A DNA stretch of 64,000 nt from Lama glama. Taxonomy: Eukaryota. The DNA is taken from contig CM052817.1 of the NCBI GenBank assembly GCA_028534125.1, positions 106,642,001-106,706,000 on the forward strand, in the 5' to 3' direction. This document shows positions 48,764-62,019 of this stretch, piece after piece. Position numbers and translations under genes: made by a program. Position 1 is the first letter of the stretch. Each line of letters opens with the position of its first letter. Under the pieces are notes generated by a model. It saw only the letters and a program-made list of their open reading frames with translations. It was not told the DNA's origin and searched no databases.

Positions 48764-51642
48764 TAACTAACATTTCTTAACCATAACAGGGTATATATTT
48801 AGTATATTTCCTAACGGTAAACCTGTACATTACGAAAGGCAGGACCATTGGCTTCTCCCTTTCACCCGTGGAGAAACCCTATTTACTAATTTGCTACAAA
48901 GTGAGTAAGTGGTTTCCAGCATATGAACCTTTTAGGCATCACTTTATGCATCTGCCACGGTGTTAACCATGAAGTTAAAAGACTATCATGCTATTTCTTG
49001 TTTTTTTAATTAAAAATGGGCATAGACAAAGTGATTATTGGCTTGTGTTTTGCAGAAAGTTGAATAACCTATCATTAAGATTTCAAATCAATCTAACTTA
49101 TGTCTAATATACACCCGGGGGGGGGGGCACATATTTTGTATTTATATCTTAGATGAAATTTAAGTGAACTTGAAAGAGGTCTGCAGAGTTGTCTTTTTTT
49201 TTAATTCATGGAAGTTAATAAAGTCCAGAAAAAGTAGTAAAAAGGATACACATTATTCTAATTTAAAATCCCATCCCATTCCAAAACCCAGTAGTCTAGC
49301 ATAGATGTAATCTTGCAAGCAAATGTTTTTTGAATAAGAACTTGAGGAAAGTTCTGCACAAATATTCTTCACTCTTCTAAGGAGATTTGCCACAATCACA
49401 CTCCTAACAGCTTTCAACAACATAAAAATAGGCCCCCTCATGGGTCTAAGTTATAAAGACATGCTACTTTCTTGAGATATGGGGGACTGAATAGAATCAC
49501 ATTCGTAGCACTTCTGGAATATACAATGTTGCCTGGAATAGGTTATAAAAATCTGTTTCCTGTATTATAAAAAGTCTATACATTTGAAATATTCAGAGTT
49601 GTATGGGTATTATAAAAGCTCTAGAAACTGAAAATCTAGTTTTTGATCCAGTAACTTTCATATGGTTTGATGGATGACAATAAGTACAGTCAAAGATGAG
49701 CATTTTGGCCCCAAAAGGAAGACTGGATTATGTTACTGAGCTTGAATAGACACGTGCTATATCCAGAAACCTACTGTACAAAGTTGACATATTTTCCAGT
49801 GCAATCCAGGAGACTCAATCTGAGCCCTGTACAATGCATATGCCCAGGAACAAATGTATCACGCTCAAAGCACAATGCATTATTCACAAACACACTCGGA
49901 GCATTTCTTACAGATTTATGGAGTAATTTCTATGGAAACATATATACATCTCAACATTTCCATCCCATTCCAACTACCTTAAACTCATACCGCTGTAACC
50001 AAAGTACTCCAAAAAGTCAACTGAAAAAAGGAAAATCTATATGACTTACATTTTTTAAAAATAGTTTGCAAAAAGATGACCTCAAACTCACTTAGGCAGA
50101 CAAAGATTTTTAGTGGGGCATATTAAGCAAAATCAGTCTTTCTTATAAAATGAAAATGTCTTGCAGATATTAAACTTAGGACCCATAATTTCCACTACCT
50201 CCCAAAGAAGAACAGTGTACTTTTGTCTAAGGAATTTTATTAGAAACTTAAGTAGATGAAAACAATTAAAGAAAGGATTAAGTTCTTCTGACTCAAGGTA
50301 ATGCAACTGCATTTAACAGCTAGTGAATTGAGTTTAATTTTGTTTTTGCAGCAGGAATGATGGCTTCTCAGGGAATTTCAACCTTTAACAAAAATAGCAA
50401 AATCAACAGAAAGAATATATTTATATCTCTTTATCTGAGATTTCTGTACACAGCACTTGGCTCCCTAGCTGAAACAGTTTTTTTAAAAAAAAATTATTTT
50501 AGAATCATTGTATATAGATGTTAAATATCATTCCTTTTCAAAGCTTTATTTTCTTATATTTAGAGAACATATCAAGAAGTAAAGATGAAATGAGTTAAAG
50601 ATGTGTTAAGAGTGTGACCCACGCTGCTGAGAGTTGTAAATATTGCTTCTTATAATTCAGATTAAATGTAAAGAAACACTTCCTAATATTGATTTCTTTG
50701 ATATAAAAAGTATTCATAAAAGGAAGTAGTAGATTTCTCATTCGGAAGGCCTTCTAAATACAGTATTTTTCTTTGTGACTATGTACAAATGGCCTTGTCA
50801 GTGGACCAGGAAATTACTGGATCAAACTCTAAAGTAATGAGAAAATTCTACAGGCTAACTGTCACAAAATATGTGATTATTTTAAAGTTCCAGGTGATTC
50901 CCGGTGATATTTCCTGGTTCTGTTGGATCTACGCTCCCCTTGTGAAAAAGAAAATGGTGGTTCAGTTATTACAGATGGGTCTGTTTCAAACTCTACCTAC
51001 TATCAAATGTTGCAGCCACAGAGAGGAGCAGTTGCCTGTTTCTAGTTTTCTTTGTTTTCTTCTCACAGCTATATCTACAGCATGCAATCAAACCTGAATG
51101 TTGTCATCCCCTCCGCCAGCAAAAATACACTCACAATAAAATGGATAAGCGTTTACCTAGCTGTCCTAAGGAAGGATAATCATGCTCACAGTTAACCACG
51201 TGAATGATGCTGTGGAACTTAAAAGTGAGGTGAGTGGGAAAGCCAGAATGATTCTGATTTTGAACTATAAATACCTAAATCCATACGTCATGCAAGTAGC
51301 CTCCATACTGAGCTTTACCATCGCTGGATCTGTTCAGAGTCCATCGTTTTGTGTAGGAAAAGAACACGCTGATGAGATTCAGATCTTTACAACACCTTTC
51401 TCGTCCACAAGACTTGAACAAACAGGGAATTCAGAGTCAAATGTGAATCTAGTAGAGGCTAACACAAGATCCTTACCATCTTAGGAACAAGGAGATAGTC
51501 CAAATCCAGGGATAGGAAGTGGATAACCTCCCCCATCAGGTTGTAAGACGTGAGGGCCGAGAGGATGTTTAGTCAACTCCAATACCAGTGCCAGCAATTT
51601 CGGATGTAGCCTAGAAATAAGTCTCAAAAGAAGGGCATTTTA

Positions 51643-52410
51643 TCCTGGAGAGTCTGTGGGGAAAAGGGAACCCTCCTTCACTGCTGGTGGGAATGCAGGT
51701 TGGTGCAGCCACTGTGGGAAACAGTTGGGAGATTCCTCAGAAGACTAGGAATAGACTTACCATATGACCCAGGAATCCCGCTCCTGGGCATATATCCAGA
51801 AGGAACCCTACTTCAAAATGACACCTGCACCCCAATGTTCATAGCAGCACTATTTACAATAGCCAAGACATGGAGAAAGAGACAGCCTAAATGTCCATCA
51901 ACAGATGACTGGATAAAGAAGCTGTGGTATATTTATACAATGGAATACTACTCAGCCATAAAAACCAACAACATAACACGATTTGCAGCAACATGGATGT
52001 TCTTGGAGAATGCCATTCTAAGTGAAGTAAGCCAGAAAGAGAAAGAAAAATACCATATGAGTTAGCTCATATGAGGAATCTAAACAAAAAACATAAATAC
52101 AAAACAGAAACAGACTCATAGACATAGAATACAAACTTGTGGTTGCCAAGGGGGCAGGGGGTGGGAAGGGACAGACTGGGATTTCAAAATTTGTAGATAC
52201 CAACAGGCATATGCAGAATAGCTACACAAGATTATACTGTGTAGCACAGGGAAATATATACAAGATCCTGTGGTAGCTCACAGAAAAAAAAATGTGACAA
52301 TGAATATAAGTGTGTTCATGTATAACTGAAAAATTGTGCTCTACACTGGAATTTGACACAACATTGTAAAATGATTACAACTCAGTAAAAAAATGTTAAA
52401 AAAAAAAAAG
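51643..52410 (+). mobile_element. 5'-truncated L1 (ORF2 C-terminus, 3' UTR, poly(A))
   Basis: ORF 51700-52065 ([56 protein letters not shown]) is the L1 ORF2 end. TSD AAAAGAAGGGCATTTTA / AAAAGCAAGGCATTTTA. Confidence 0.95.
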
Positions 52411-52699
52411 AAAAGCAAGGCATTTTACTTGAAGGGGTGGGTAACAGGGTTTTCCATTTGAATCAAAGTTGATTCTGCAACATTGTATCAAATATGAATA
52501 GGAAGAAATGGATACCTTGTGGGTGAACCTTCTGGAAAAGAGATTTTCAGATTTTGGGTGGAAACTCAAACTCTAGGGTTAAAGGAGCCTTGGGATCTGT
52601 GCCTCAAGCATCACAATATTGAGAATCTTACCTCGGCACTGTAATTTAAGTAGCATGGGAAAGGCCGTCGCCCAAATTATCTCCCAGAAGAATGATTCT

Positions 52700-52860
52700 A
52701 ATATTTCAAGTTCCAGCGATGCAAATCCATTCTCAGCTATTCACCAGTTGTGTGACCTTGGACCAGCAGTCTAACCTCTTTAACCCAAGTGATGCTAAGA
52801 TGAAATGAAATACTGCACTCGAAGCACTCAAGAGCTCCTGGCACGAATTAAGGATTTTAA
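52700..52860 (+). mobile_element. MIR SINE (degenerate)
   Basis: CAGCTATTCACCAGTTGTGTGACCTTGGACCAG..TAACCTCT. Confidence 0.55.
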
Positions 52861-54006
52861 TAAGGGTATTAATAATGAGAGATGTAATTAAAAGCTTCTT
52901 TTAGCAGAAGGACTCTCTGAAGCAATCAATTTTGATGGAGATGGCAGAGCGGGGGTGATGTTGGGGGTGATAATCAGAGTGGGGAAAGCCGGAACAGACT
53001 GCGTGTAAGATGAAATAAAAGGACTAAGAAGAGGACAAAACAAGAGAGAGAAAGAGAGAGGGAATAAAACATGCTAGAAAAGAAGAGCTGGGCACAGAAA
53101 AAGAGACAGAACACATACACTATGAGATTTGATCCCATAAAAATTACAGGCTTTTTTTTCTGAAAAATGTCATCAGTCCAAAATAATTCAAAACAAAAAA
53201 TAAACAAACAAAAAAGTGCTATTATCTTCCTGACTTTACTAAGCAGCTTTTTCAAATTACTAAGAAAAAGATGTGCACCTGAGTAGGAAAAAATGTTTAA
53301 CTTTATAAACTCAAAATTCAGAAAGAAAGAAAAACGTAGCCCATATACATATTGAAAATGTTCAACTTCACTAGGAATCAAAGAGTTGCTATTTAAAGCA
53401 ACAGAAAGAAGTCCTGCATTTTTTTTAACTCTCCCTGAAGACTAGAAAACTTTTAAAAAAAATGCCAATTATTGTTGAGGTAAAACAAGCATTCTTCTAT
53501 ATTTTTGTTTGGCTACCCATTGAGTAAAATATTTCCTAGGATAATTGATGAGAAATTTAAATATGCTTAGAACTGTGATCTTGAAATGACGACAAGGTAG
53601 CTGAATTGCCTTCCCAGCTCCCCTAGTGATGTGGTGCGGTCCAGCTGTGGCCGAGCTCTGCCTCCAGGCTTGACCCATCTACATCTTCTCCTTCTCTTCA
53701 CCAGTCTGTTGTTGGGCCTCAGCTCCCAAGGGGACCACCAAAGCCACATGCTGACAAGGGCAGTACCTGCCGCCATTTTTCTGGGACTGAGTATGGCCTT
53801 CCCTCTGCTCCCCCATCCCCAAAACCACACCTCAACCTGGCTGGCCTTTATGTGAACCAAGAGCACCCCCAGTTAAGCACGAGTATTTTGGGGTATGTTT
53901 CAGCAGCTGGTGAGACTAAAATAGAACTCAACTCAACTTCTAGATATTCATCCTTACTGTGTTTAAGGATATGTATCAACTCATTAGCTACAATACTAGG
54001 GGAAAA

Positions 54007-54437
54007 CGGCATTTGCAGCAACATGGATGGACCTGGAGACTGTCATTCTAAGTGAAGTGAGCCAGAAGGAGAAAGAAAAATACCATGTGATATCACTTAT
54101 ATGTGGAATCTAAAAAAAAAAAAGGACACAAATGAACTTATTTACAAAACAGAGACAGACTCACAGACATAGAAAACAAACTTATGTTTACCAGGGTAGA
54201 AAGGGGGTGGAAAAGGGTACATTGGGAGTTAAGGATTTGCAGATACTAACTACTATATATAAAATAAATAACAAGTTTCTACTGCATAGTACAGGGAACT
54301 ATATTCAATATCTTATAGTAATCTATAATGAAAAAGAATATGAAAAGGAATAGATGTATGTTCCTATATGACTGAAGCATTATGCTGCACACCAGAAATT
54401 GCTACAACATTGCAAACTGACTATACTTCAATTAAAA
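54007..54437 (+). mobile_element. 5'-truncated L1 3' end
   Basis: CATTTGCAGCAACATGGATGGACCTGGAG...CTGACTATACTTCAATTAAAAAA. TSD-like AATACTAGGGGAAAA / AATACTAGAGAAAAA. Confidence 0.9.
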
Positions 54438-55309
54438 AATACTAGAGAAAAATAAGAATCTTCTAACTAACAAAATAAATTATAAAATCAACTACAGAAC
54501 ATTCACTTAATGTAATATCTTGCAACAAGCAAAAATTATGTTCAATTACATAGGGAAATGTATACAGAACATCAGTTTTTTTAAAAAGCAGCATAGAAAA
54601 CTACGTATGACATGATCATAATTTACACACGTAGTCTAACCACAGTTCTTAGGGGGTGTTGGAATTAGGGGTAATTTTATTTTATTTATTTTTTTATTAT
54701 CCAAATATTTTAGAATAAACTTTATTAGTTTTATTCAGAAAAACATTCTCATGAATATCATTTTTTTAAAAAAGGGAAAGAGTAGGAAAGAAGAAAAGAG
54801 AAAAAGGAGAAAAACAAAGAAGAGAAAAAAAGCCCAAAGTTTGCGTTTGTAGTTATGTGGCATGATTTTGTCAGGCCTGCCCTTGGCACACGAGTCTAGC
54901 GTTCCCAGCTGGCATGTCCTGAGTGTGCACAGAAGTGCTGAGACATTGAGCCTCCCAGCCCTGGACGGCCGGGTGAGGCCCAGGGAGTCACCTCGAGGCC
55001 ATCAAAGCTTCTCATTGACCTTCATGTTCGCCATAAATACTGCCATTTTCTACCTGTAACATGACAGTAAACAATGTTAGGGATCATTGACACGACACCC
55101 TGGTGGGAGAAAAGGAACAGATTTCAGGCACACCCATTTTCTTCTATCCAAAGAGGGTAACATGCTTAATAACAAGGGTTTACATTAGAAAAAATATATA
55201 TTTAAAAATGCACTGTATCTGTGAACCCACACAGTCTTCATGCATTACTATTAATTTAAAAACCCTCTAGTCATAATACAAATAGTAAGTCTAGCATTAC
55301 TATTTTATT

Positions 55310-55441
55310 TACTTACTTACTTTTAGGGGGAAGGTAATACATTTATTTATCTATTTTATTTATTTTTAATGGAGGCACTGGGGATTGAACCCAGGACCTC
55401 GTACATGCTAAGCAGGCACTCTACCCCTGAGCTACACCCCC
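55310..55441 (-). mobile_element. tRNA-derived SINE (camelid vic-1-like), full length
   Basis: Reverse complement reads GGGGGTGTAGCTCAGGGGTAGAGTGCCTGCTTAGCATGTACGAGGTCCTGGGTTCAATCCCCAG, with A and B boxes. Flanking repeat ATTACTATTTT. Confidence 0.85.
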
Positions 55442-56663
55442 ACCTTGATATTACTATTTTTAATAATAGTCAAAATCTTGGTCCTATTTTTCTCTGACAA
55501 ACTTACTTCCAAAACCTGGGGGAGTTTTATTTAATGTGTAGATACTATGTATTTCTCTTCATTTAAATAAAGTGTAGCTGATGTGTTTCATATACACACT
55601 CAGGCAATTAATAAAACACTTTACATAACTCTATTTGTAAAACTGTGACAATATGTTCATCAGAAAAGGGCTGGAAAGTGAACCAGATTTTTCTTATTTG
55701 ACTGTGTTTTGATGAGTACGAATGAGGCATCTGAAGATAAAATACTTTCTAAAGCGCTAGGATACATACTGAAACTTGGCAGGATATTAGCATATGAATG
55801 ATACAGCACAGGAGAAAAAAAAGTTCATTTAAACAAGTTTCTTATCCTGGTCTCCCACTCTGTGATATTAAGTGAGTTCCAAAGAGTACATTGGTCCCAT
55901 TGAAATTTACTTCGTAAAAATAAAATTGTATACTAAATGCTTTGCCAGAAATGAAAGAAACCCCACCAACATCCTCATGTGCACCTGCCAGTAATGATTA
56001 AACAAGCAAAAAAAGAAGAAAAAAAAAAAGCACTGAAATGTAGGTCTTAAAAAGAATTGAGAGATGCTCTTTCTCCTCGAGTGCTCTGCAAAAAGAAAAA
56101 GAATTAATCTTAGGTTTTCATCATAGTTTTCAGACATTGTGCTCAGTATGTTATATTTGTAAAGGAAAAAAGATACATCTAAATTCTCCTCTGAATTTTT
56201 CTTGTGGTAAATTAGAAACTGAAATGTATTCTAAAGAACTAGTTTTCTACTTTCAAAATATGCATTTTTTTATACCTCCAAAGCAGAAATGACCTAGAAT
56301 TTGTGGAGATACTCAATTCTCTTTGAAGGAGAGACTTGTGCAAAGAGGCAGCATTCCTGGGCCCAGAGAAGAAAATACCTTTTCTGTCCATCCCCGGCCA
56401 AACACATCTGACCCAAGTGACCTGCTCTCTACAGACCAACATAGCCTGGGGGGATCCTACATGGAGAAGCTGGGTGCCCCCCTTTGGCGTGTCCAGCACC
56501 CTGCACTCCCCCCTCATGGCACCTGGCATCCCACGATGCATTGACAGTTGCCTGCTCACTCATCTGCATATTCCAGAGAACTGAAACCGCCCTCTGGGTG
56601 GGAGGGACCAACATCCCTCACGTCCATGTTGTGTCCTCAGTTACTGACACTGGGTTGGTACAT

Positions 56664-57163
56664 NNNNNNNNNNNNNNNNNNNNNNNNNNNNNNNNNNNNN
56701 NNNNNNNNNNNNNNNNNNNNNNNNNNNNNNNNNNNNNNNNNNNNNNNNNNNNNNNNNNNNNNNNNNNNNNNNNNNNNNNNNNNNNNNNNNNNNNNNNNNN
56801 NNNNNNNNNNNNNNNNNNNNNNNNNNNNNNNNNNNNNNNNNNNNNNNNNNNNNNNNNNNNNNNNNNNNNNNNNNNNNNNNNNNNNNNNNNNNNNNNNNNN
56901 NNNNNNNNNNNNNNNNNNNNNNNNNNNNNNNNNNNNNNNNNNNNNNNNNNNNNNNNNNNNNNNNNNNNNNNNNNNNNNNNNNNNNNNNNNNNNNNNNNNN
57001 NNNNNNNNNNNNNNNNNNNNNNNNNNNNNNNNNNNNNNNNNNNNNNNNNNNNNNNNNNNNNNNNNNNNNNNNNNNNNNNNNNNNNNNNNNNNNNNNNNNN
57101 NNNNNNNNNNNNNNNNNNNNNNNNNNNNNNNNNNNNNNNNNNNNNNNNNNNNNNNNNNNNNNN
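56664..57163. other. Assembly gap (500 N)
   Basis: Run of N. Confidence 1.
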
Positions 57164-59789
57164 CTGTAACGTTTCCATGGTGCTTTAGTTCACCCAGATA
57201 ACCTGTACCAAACAAAAGCCAGATGTACATCTTAAAGTGACGCTAATAAAACCACGTTCCCCAGAGAGTCCTCAGCAAGCCAGAGCGCAGCCTGTGGAGA
57301 CGTGAGCTTGCTGGAGACGGTAGGGAAGGGCTTGCTTTCAGTCTAGAGTAGCAATATTTGCTCTGTTGACAAGAGTCAAACCTCCAAAAGCCAAAAATGT
57401 AAACACTCTCCCCTTGCTCAACTTCCCCTCAAAAAAGACCTGTGAAAGAAGGAATCTAAACCTAAAATCTCTCCTTCTTTCCTCTCTCCATATTTATCCA
57501 GAGCTTCCCTCATGTATAAACTTCTCCCTGTGCCTGATCAGGAGAAAGAAGTTCAAGTAATTCTGATTTCCTTTCACCCTGGCAAATTGTGTTGTTTGCA
57601 GCTTTCCTGAAGAACTACACTGTATGTTTTGGCACAATTTCTTCTAAGCACGTCTACTTCAATTCTTTATTTACCTTTTCTTTATTACATGTTTCGATTC
57701 TAATAGGTTTTCATTGGTTTAAACCAATAGAAATTATTTTTCCACTAACATGATCATTTAGATTTCTAAATAATGTCCTATTCTTCTAAATTAGAGTTAC
57801 CTTTCGACTTATGTGTGCCTGCCAAATGATACAAGACTATTTTTTGTAGAGTAAGTTTGCAAAATCTGGATGATCACTGAAATTGTCTTATGTAAACAAA
57901 CCAGCAGTAATGTGACTTAGTAATACCCAGAGTTCACTCATGTAGCAAAAAATTATTGAGCCCCTAGAATGTGCCAGTTCTGATGGTGTATCAATAAACA
58001 AAGGGATGTCAGTTTCTTTCCTCATGAAGCTAACAGTCTGGTGGATGAAAAAAAAATGTTTTGAAAAAAAAGCAAGATTATAGAAATAAATTTCTAGTAT
58101 TATAGTGCTTCCAATCTCTGAAAACAGTAATAAAAATGGTTTTTAGCAAGCTAAGATTTATTATAGCCACAGAAAAAAGATGGACATTTGATTTTATTGA
58201 TCATAAAACTGAACTACATCATTCTGTGTTTATCTTTTCAGGAATTTGGCTTTGCCCATTTTTTTAAAATCCTAAAATGTAGGTTTCCATTGTACTTTCC
58301 ATATAGGAACAGCTAGAAACTGCATTATACCTTGAACCACCAAATTTCTTGTGCAGAAATTGTATGTAGCACATGTAAATCAATCACGAATGGAAAAAGC
58401 ATGCTTTAGAGTCAAAAAAAATTAAATTAAGACATTTCTAAAGTCACTGCTTACCATTTTAATTCACTATCGTCCAGTAGACTATTTTTGGAGAAGTAAT
58501 GTTCTGGGGCATTTTAGTCTTCCTTCGGCGCAGTGATCACACACCGTCCAAGTGTGGGAAGAAGTAGAGGTGCCAATTGTTCATCTTCCCAAGGTCAAGT
58601 ATCGATCCATCACCACAAGCCAACTATCCAATAGGGTACAAGTACTTCCAACTTACTCATTTACTCCTAAAGCCAAGAAGATACTAATGACTAGCTACGT
58701 TTTTTAAAATTGTAGATGCTGCTCTTAAGACTTAAGAAAAGAGAAAAAAAGACAATAAATAGATTGGGTTAATGACAGAGAAAAGCGAAGAACTGAGGGG
58801 CATTCATAATCAGTGCCTAAAAGGGCACCTGGTGTATACCAGGTTTTCAACATGTATTGTTCAACCAATGAACAAACATACATTGGGAATTAACTCAGAG
58901 AAATCAGAAGGAGTCGACCAAAAGGCTCTGTGAAATACCCCGGATGACATAAGAAGAGAAACCAAAGTCACATAAGCCCACAAATAAATTGAACACACAG
59001 ACACTAAGAGTAGTTTGTCTGAACTTCTTCATTCAAAAAAAAAAAAAAAAAAACCACACACTGACTGAGCACCGGCTGTGCTGGCAGACTGCTGCAGGTA
59101 TGAGGGGCCAGCATTGAACAGAGCAGGTGAATTCTCAGTCTCGTGATGCTTTCATCCCAAGGGTGTTGGACCGCAACTTGACGCGTGCCTGCACTTCTGC
59201 TTCGACTCATTAAGCAGTAGTTACTCCAGGACCTGCCCTCCTCCAAAAACAAACAAACAAAAAAAAATGCCAACAAAAAGCAAGAAAAATTCTTTCCAGA
59301 GCCTGGCCCTCAGAGAGCACAACACTGGAAATCTCAAGGAAGGGAAGCAAAAAGCTGAGCCCGAAGGAATTGCCCCAACTTCCCACTGGGAGGCAGGGTC
59401 CAGGGCACAGCCTGGTAGTTTGTTGAACTGAAAAGACAGATAACTTGCTCAGGAGATGCTAGAATTTGCAGAGGTCCCCCCAGGGAGGGATCTGTGCAGA
59501 GAGAGAGTATATGACTTCAGGGGGCTCCTCTCAAGTCTTGGGCCAGGTACCCAGACGACAGCAGAAGGCCACACAATTCCTTGAACGTGCACACGTCTGG
59601 GGTCATCTGTTTTCCTACTGGGGAGAGTGAGGGAATTTTTAATACACAGGGCATTCCCGAGAGGCCTCAGGAGGCTCACGTCTTCATAGAGGATAAAGTC
59701 TACCTGGGGTGAAGGCTGTTCGGGACACACCATAAAAACATAAAAGCCAGCCAGGCTCCAACTGATACAAAAGTACCTTAACTGGGGGT

Positions 59790-60310
59790 GCATTCATTTT
59801 TCATCATTGCGTAAAAATCAGCACCAATTCATCAGCTTAAATCAGTCTGCAATCAAGATGCCAGCCAGGCCGCAGCGTCCTCTCAAGACTCACCTTGGGG
59901 AGGCAGGGGGCACTGCTTCCAAGCTCACTCAGGGTGTTTGCAGAATCCGCTTACTATGGGCTGTAGGTCTGAGGGCCCTGACTTTTTGTTCCTTGTCAGC
60001 CGGAGGCCACCCTCAGGTCCAAGATACACTTGCAGTTCCTTCCCACAGAAGCCAACCAGCTGGTCCTTTCTTCACAGAGCCTGCAAGGAAAGTTCCTGGC
60101 TCCAGTCTGACAAGATGCAGTCACATGAAACCTAACAAGAGTGATACCCCATCATCTGTGCAGGATATAACCTAACCTAACCAGGGAGCTACCCTCTGAT
60201 ATCTTCACTGCATCCTATTGGTCAGAAGCACTCCGCAGAGGGGATTATACAAGTGCCCATGGACACTAGGAGGCAGGGGTCAGGAGGCTCTAAAGTCTTT
60301 CATCCACTGT
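59790..60310. mobile_element. MaLR MLT1-like solo LTR
   Basis: CTGCTTCCAAGCTCACTCA..GCAGAATCC..CTGTAGGTCTGAGGGCCC..CTATTGGTCAGAAGC..GGGATTATACAAG are recalled MLT1 motifs. Confidence 0.65.
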
Positions 60311-60339
60311 GTGCTGTATCAAAGCCCCAATTCTTAAAT

Positions 60340-61890
60340 GAATACAAGAAAATCCTACACTCACTGTAAAATTAAATGGAAAGTTTACCAAACTGACCCG
60401 CCAGTCAAAATTACCAAGCACGAAAAATCGGGAAAAATGTCCCACAAGCCAAAATAGAAGCAGATCCAGAAGTGATAGTGATGATGGAATTACCGGACAA
60501 GGACTTAAAATGGCTAGTATAAATCTTACAACTATACTCAAGACTGTGAGAAGCTGAGCATAAGAAGAAAACACATGGAAGATTTAAGAGATCATGATTG
60601 GACCTGCAGAAAAGAAAAACCCTATAATATCCAAAACAAACAATATGAACAATATGTGTGTTAAGATTCATGTCAGATTAAATACTGCAAGTGTGGAAAC
60701 TTATGTGTAATATGACAAAAAAGATTAAGAAGAAAAAATATACCCTTGGAAAGTTATGAAGCCATATCCAACAGTTTAACATATGTGTAATTGGAGATTC
60801 AGGAGGAGAGGAAAGAGATGAAAAGGTGACAGAAAAAAAAAAACTTGAAGAACTAAGCATCAAAGATTTTACAAATTTGATGGAAATTATGAACCCATAA
60901 CTCTTATATAATCAGGAAACAACAAGCAGAAGAAATATACAAAAAGTCACACTTAGAAGCATCATCATATATTGCTAAAAAGACAAGCCACAAACGGGAG
61001 AAAATATTTGCAAACAAGTTACTGATAAAGGACATCTATCCCGAATAAGAACTCTCAAAATATAATAATGAGAAAAGGAAACTAAGAAAAAAATAATGGG
61101 CAAAAGATTTAAAACACAATTCAGCAAAGAACATAAACAGATGGCAAATAAGCACATTAAAAAAAGACGCTTAATTTCATTAGCCATTAGGAAAATGCCA
61201 ACCACGGTGAGATATCATTACACATCCACTAGAATGACTGAAATTAAGAGACCAGCAATACTAATGTTGGCAAGAATGGGAGACAACTGGGAGACAAGCT
61301 AAACGATTTACCCATCTTGGAAAACATTTTGGAAGTTTCTTGTAAAATTAGCATTTTTACCATCTCTCTCAGTAATCCCAAGCCAAGTATTTACCCAAGA
61401 AAATGAAACACTCACAAAGACTCATGCAGAAATGTTCAGGCCGCTTTCTTCACCACGACCCAAGCTGGAAACCACCCAAATGTCCACCAAGGGACTAGAA
61501 AAACAAATTGCAGATTAACTATAGAACGAAATACTTTTCAGCAATTAAAAAAAGATACTGATACACTCAAAAACATGGACAAATCTCAGAATCATTATGC
61601 TGAGCGAAAGACCCAAACAAAAAGCCAGCAAAATGTTTTATTACTTTTATATAAAATTCTAGTAAAGGCAAAACTACTGTAATGATCAAAAGCTGATCAG
61701 TTGTTGCTAGGAGCTAGGAGTTGGGCAAAGGAGGTTCACTGCAAAAGGAATTTTTGGGGTAACAGAAGTTTTTTTATCCTGCTTGTGGTAGTTATAAAAA
61801 TTTGTTAAAATTCATCAACCAAACACTTAAAGTAGGTGAACTATACTGGATATAAATTATACCTCAATGAAAATAAACAAAGGAATAAAA
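60340..61890 (+). mobile_element. Ancient L1 (L1M-type): ORF1 remnant joined to the ORF2 3' end and 3' UTR
   Basis: AACATATGTGTAATTGGAGATTCAGGAGGAGAGG (ORF1-like), then AAAAGACAAGCCACAAACGGGAGAAAATATTTGCAAAC and ATGGCAAATAAGCAC (ORF2 end). Ends ATTATACCTCAATGAAA. Confidence 0.8.
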
Positions 61891-62019
61891 AAAATGACTA
61901 CATAAAATTGCCTGAAAAAGGAAAATTAAAGCCTGTAAGGATGATAGCATAGAAGTTAAGTAAATAAGTTTCGTGGTGAAAGGTATCATGGAGAAAAATT
62001 AAGCGGCAAGGGAGATGTG

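Noticed and set aside
46794..48766. Several plus-strand ORFs of 80-178 aa over the RNF26 copy
   Set aside because: Antisense shadows of GC-rich coding-derived sequence with no independent protein similarity.
56484..57230. Long ORFs (186-234 aa) spanning the second N run
   Set aside because: Artefacts of translating the 500-N gap.
57713..57728. Perfect 16-bp palindrome ATTGGTTTAAACCAAT (two inverted CCAAT boxes)
   Set aside because: About one such palindrome is expected by chance in 64 kb (64000/4^8), and there is no promoter context.
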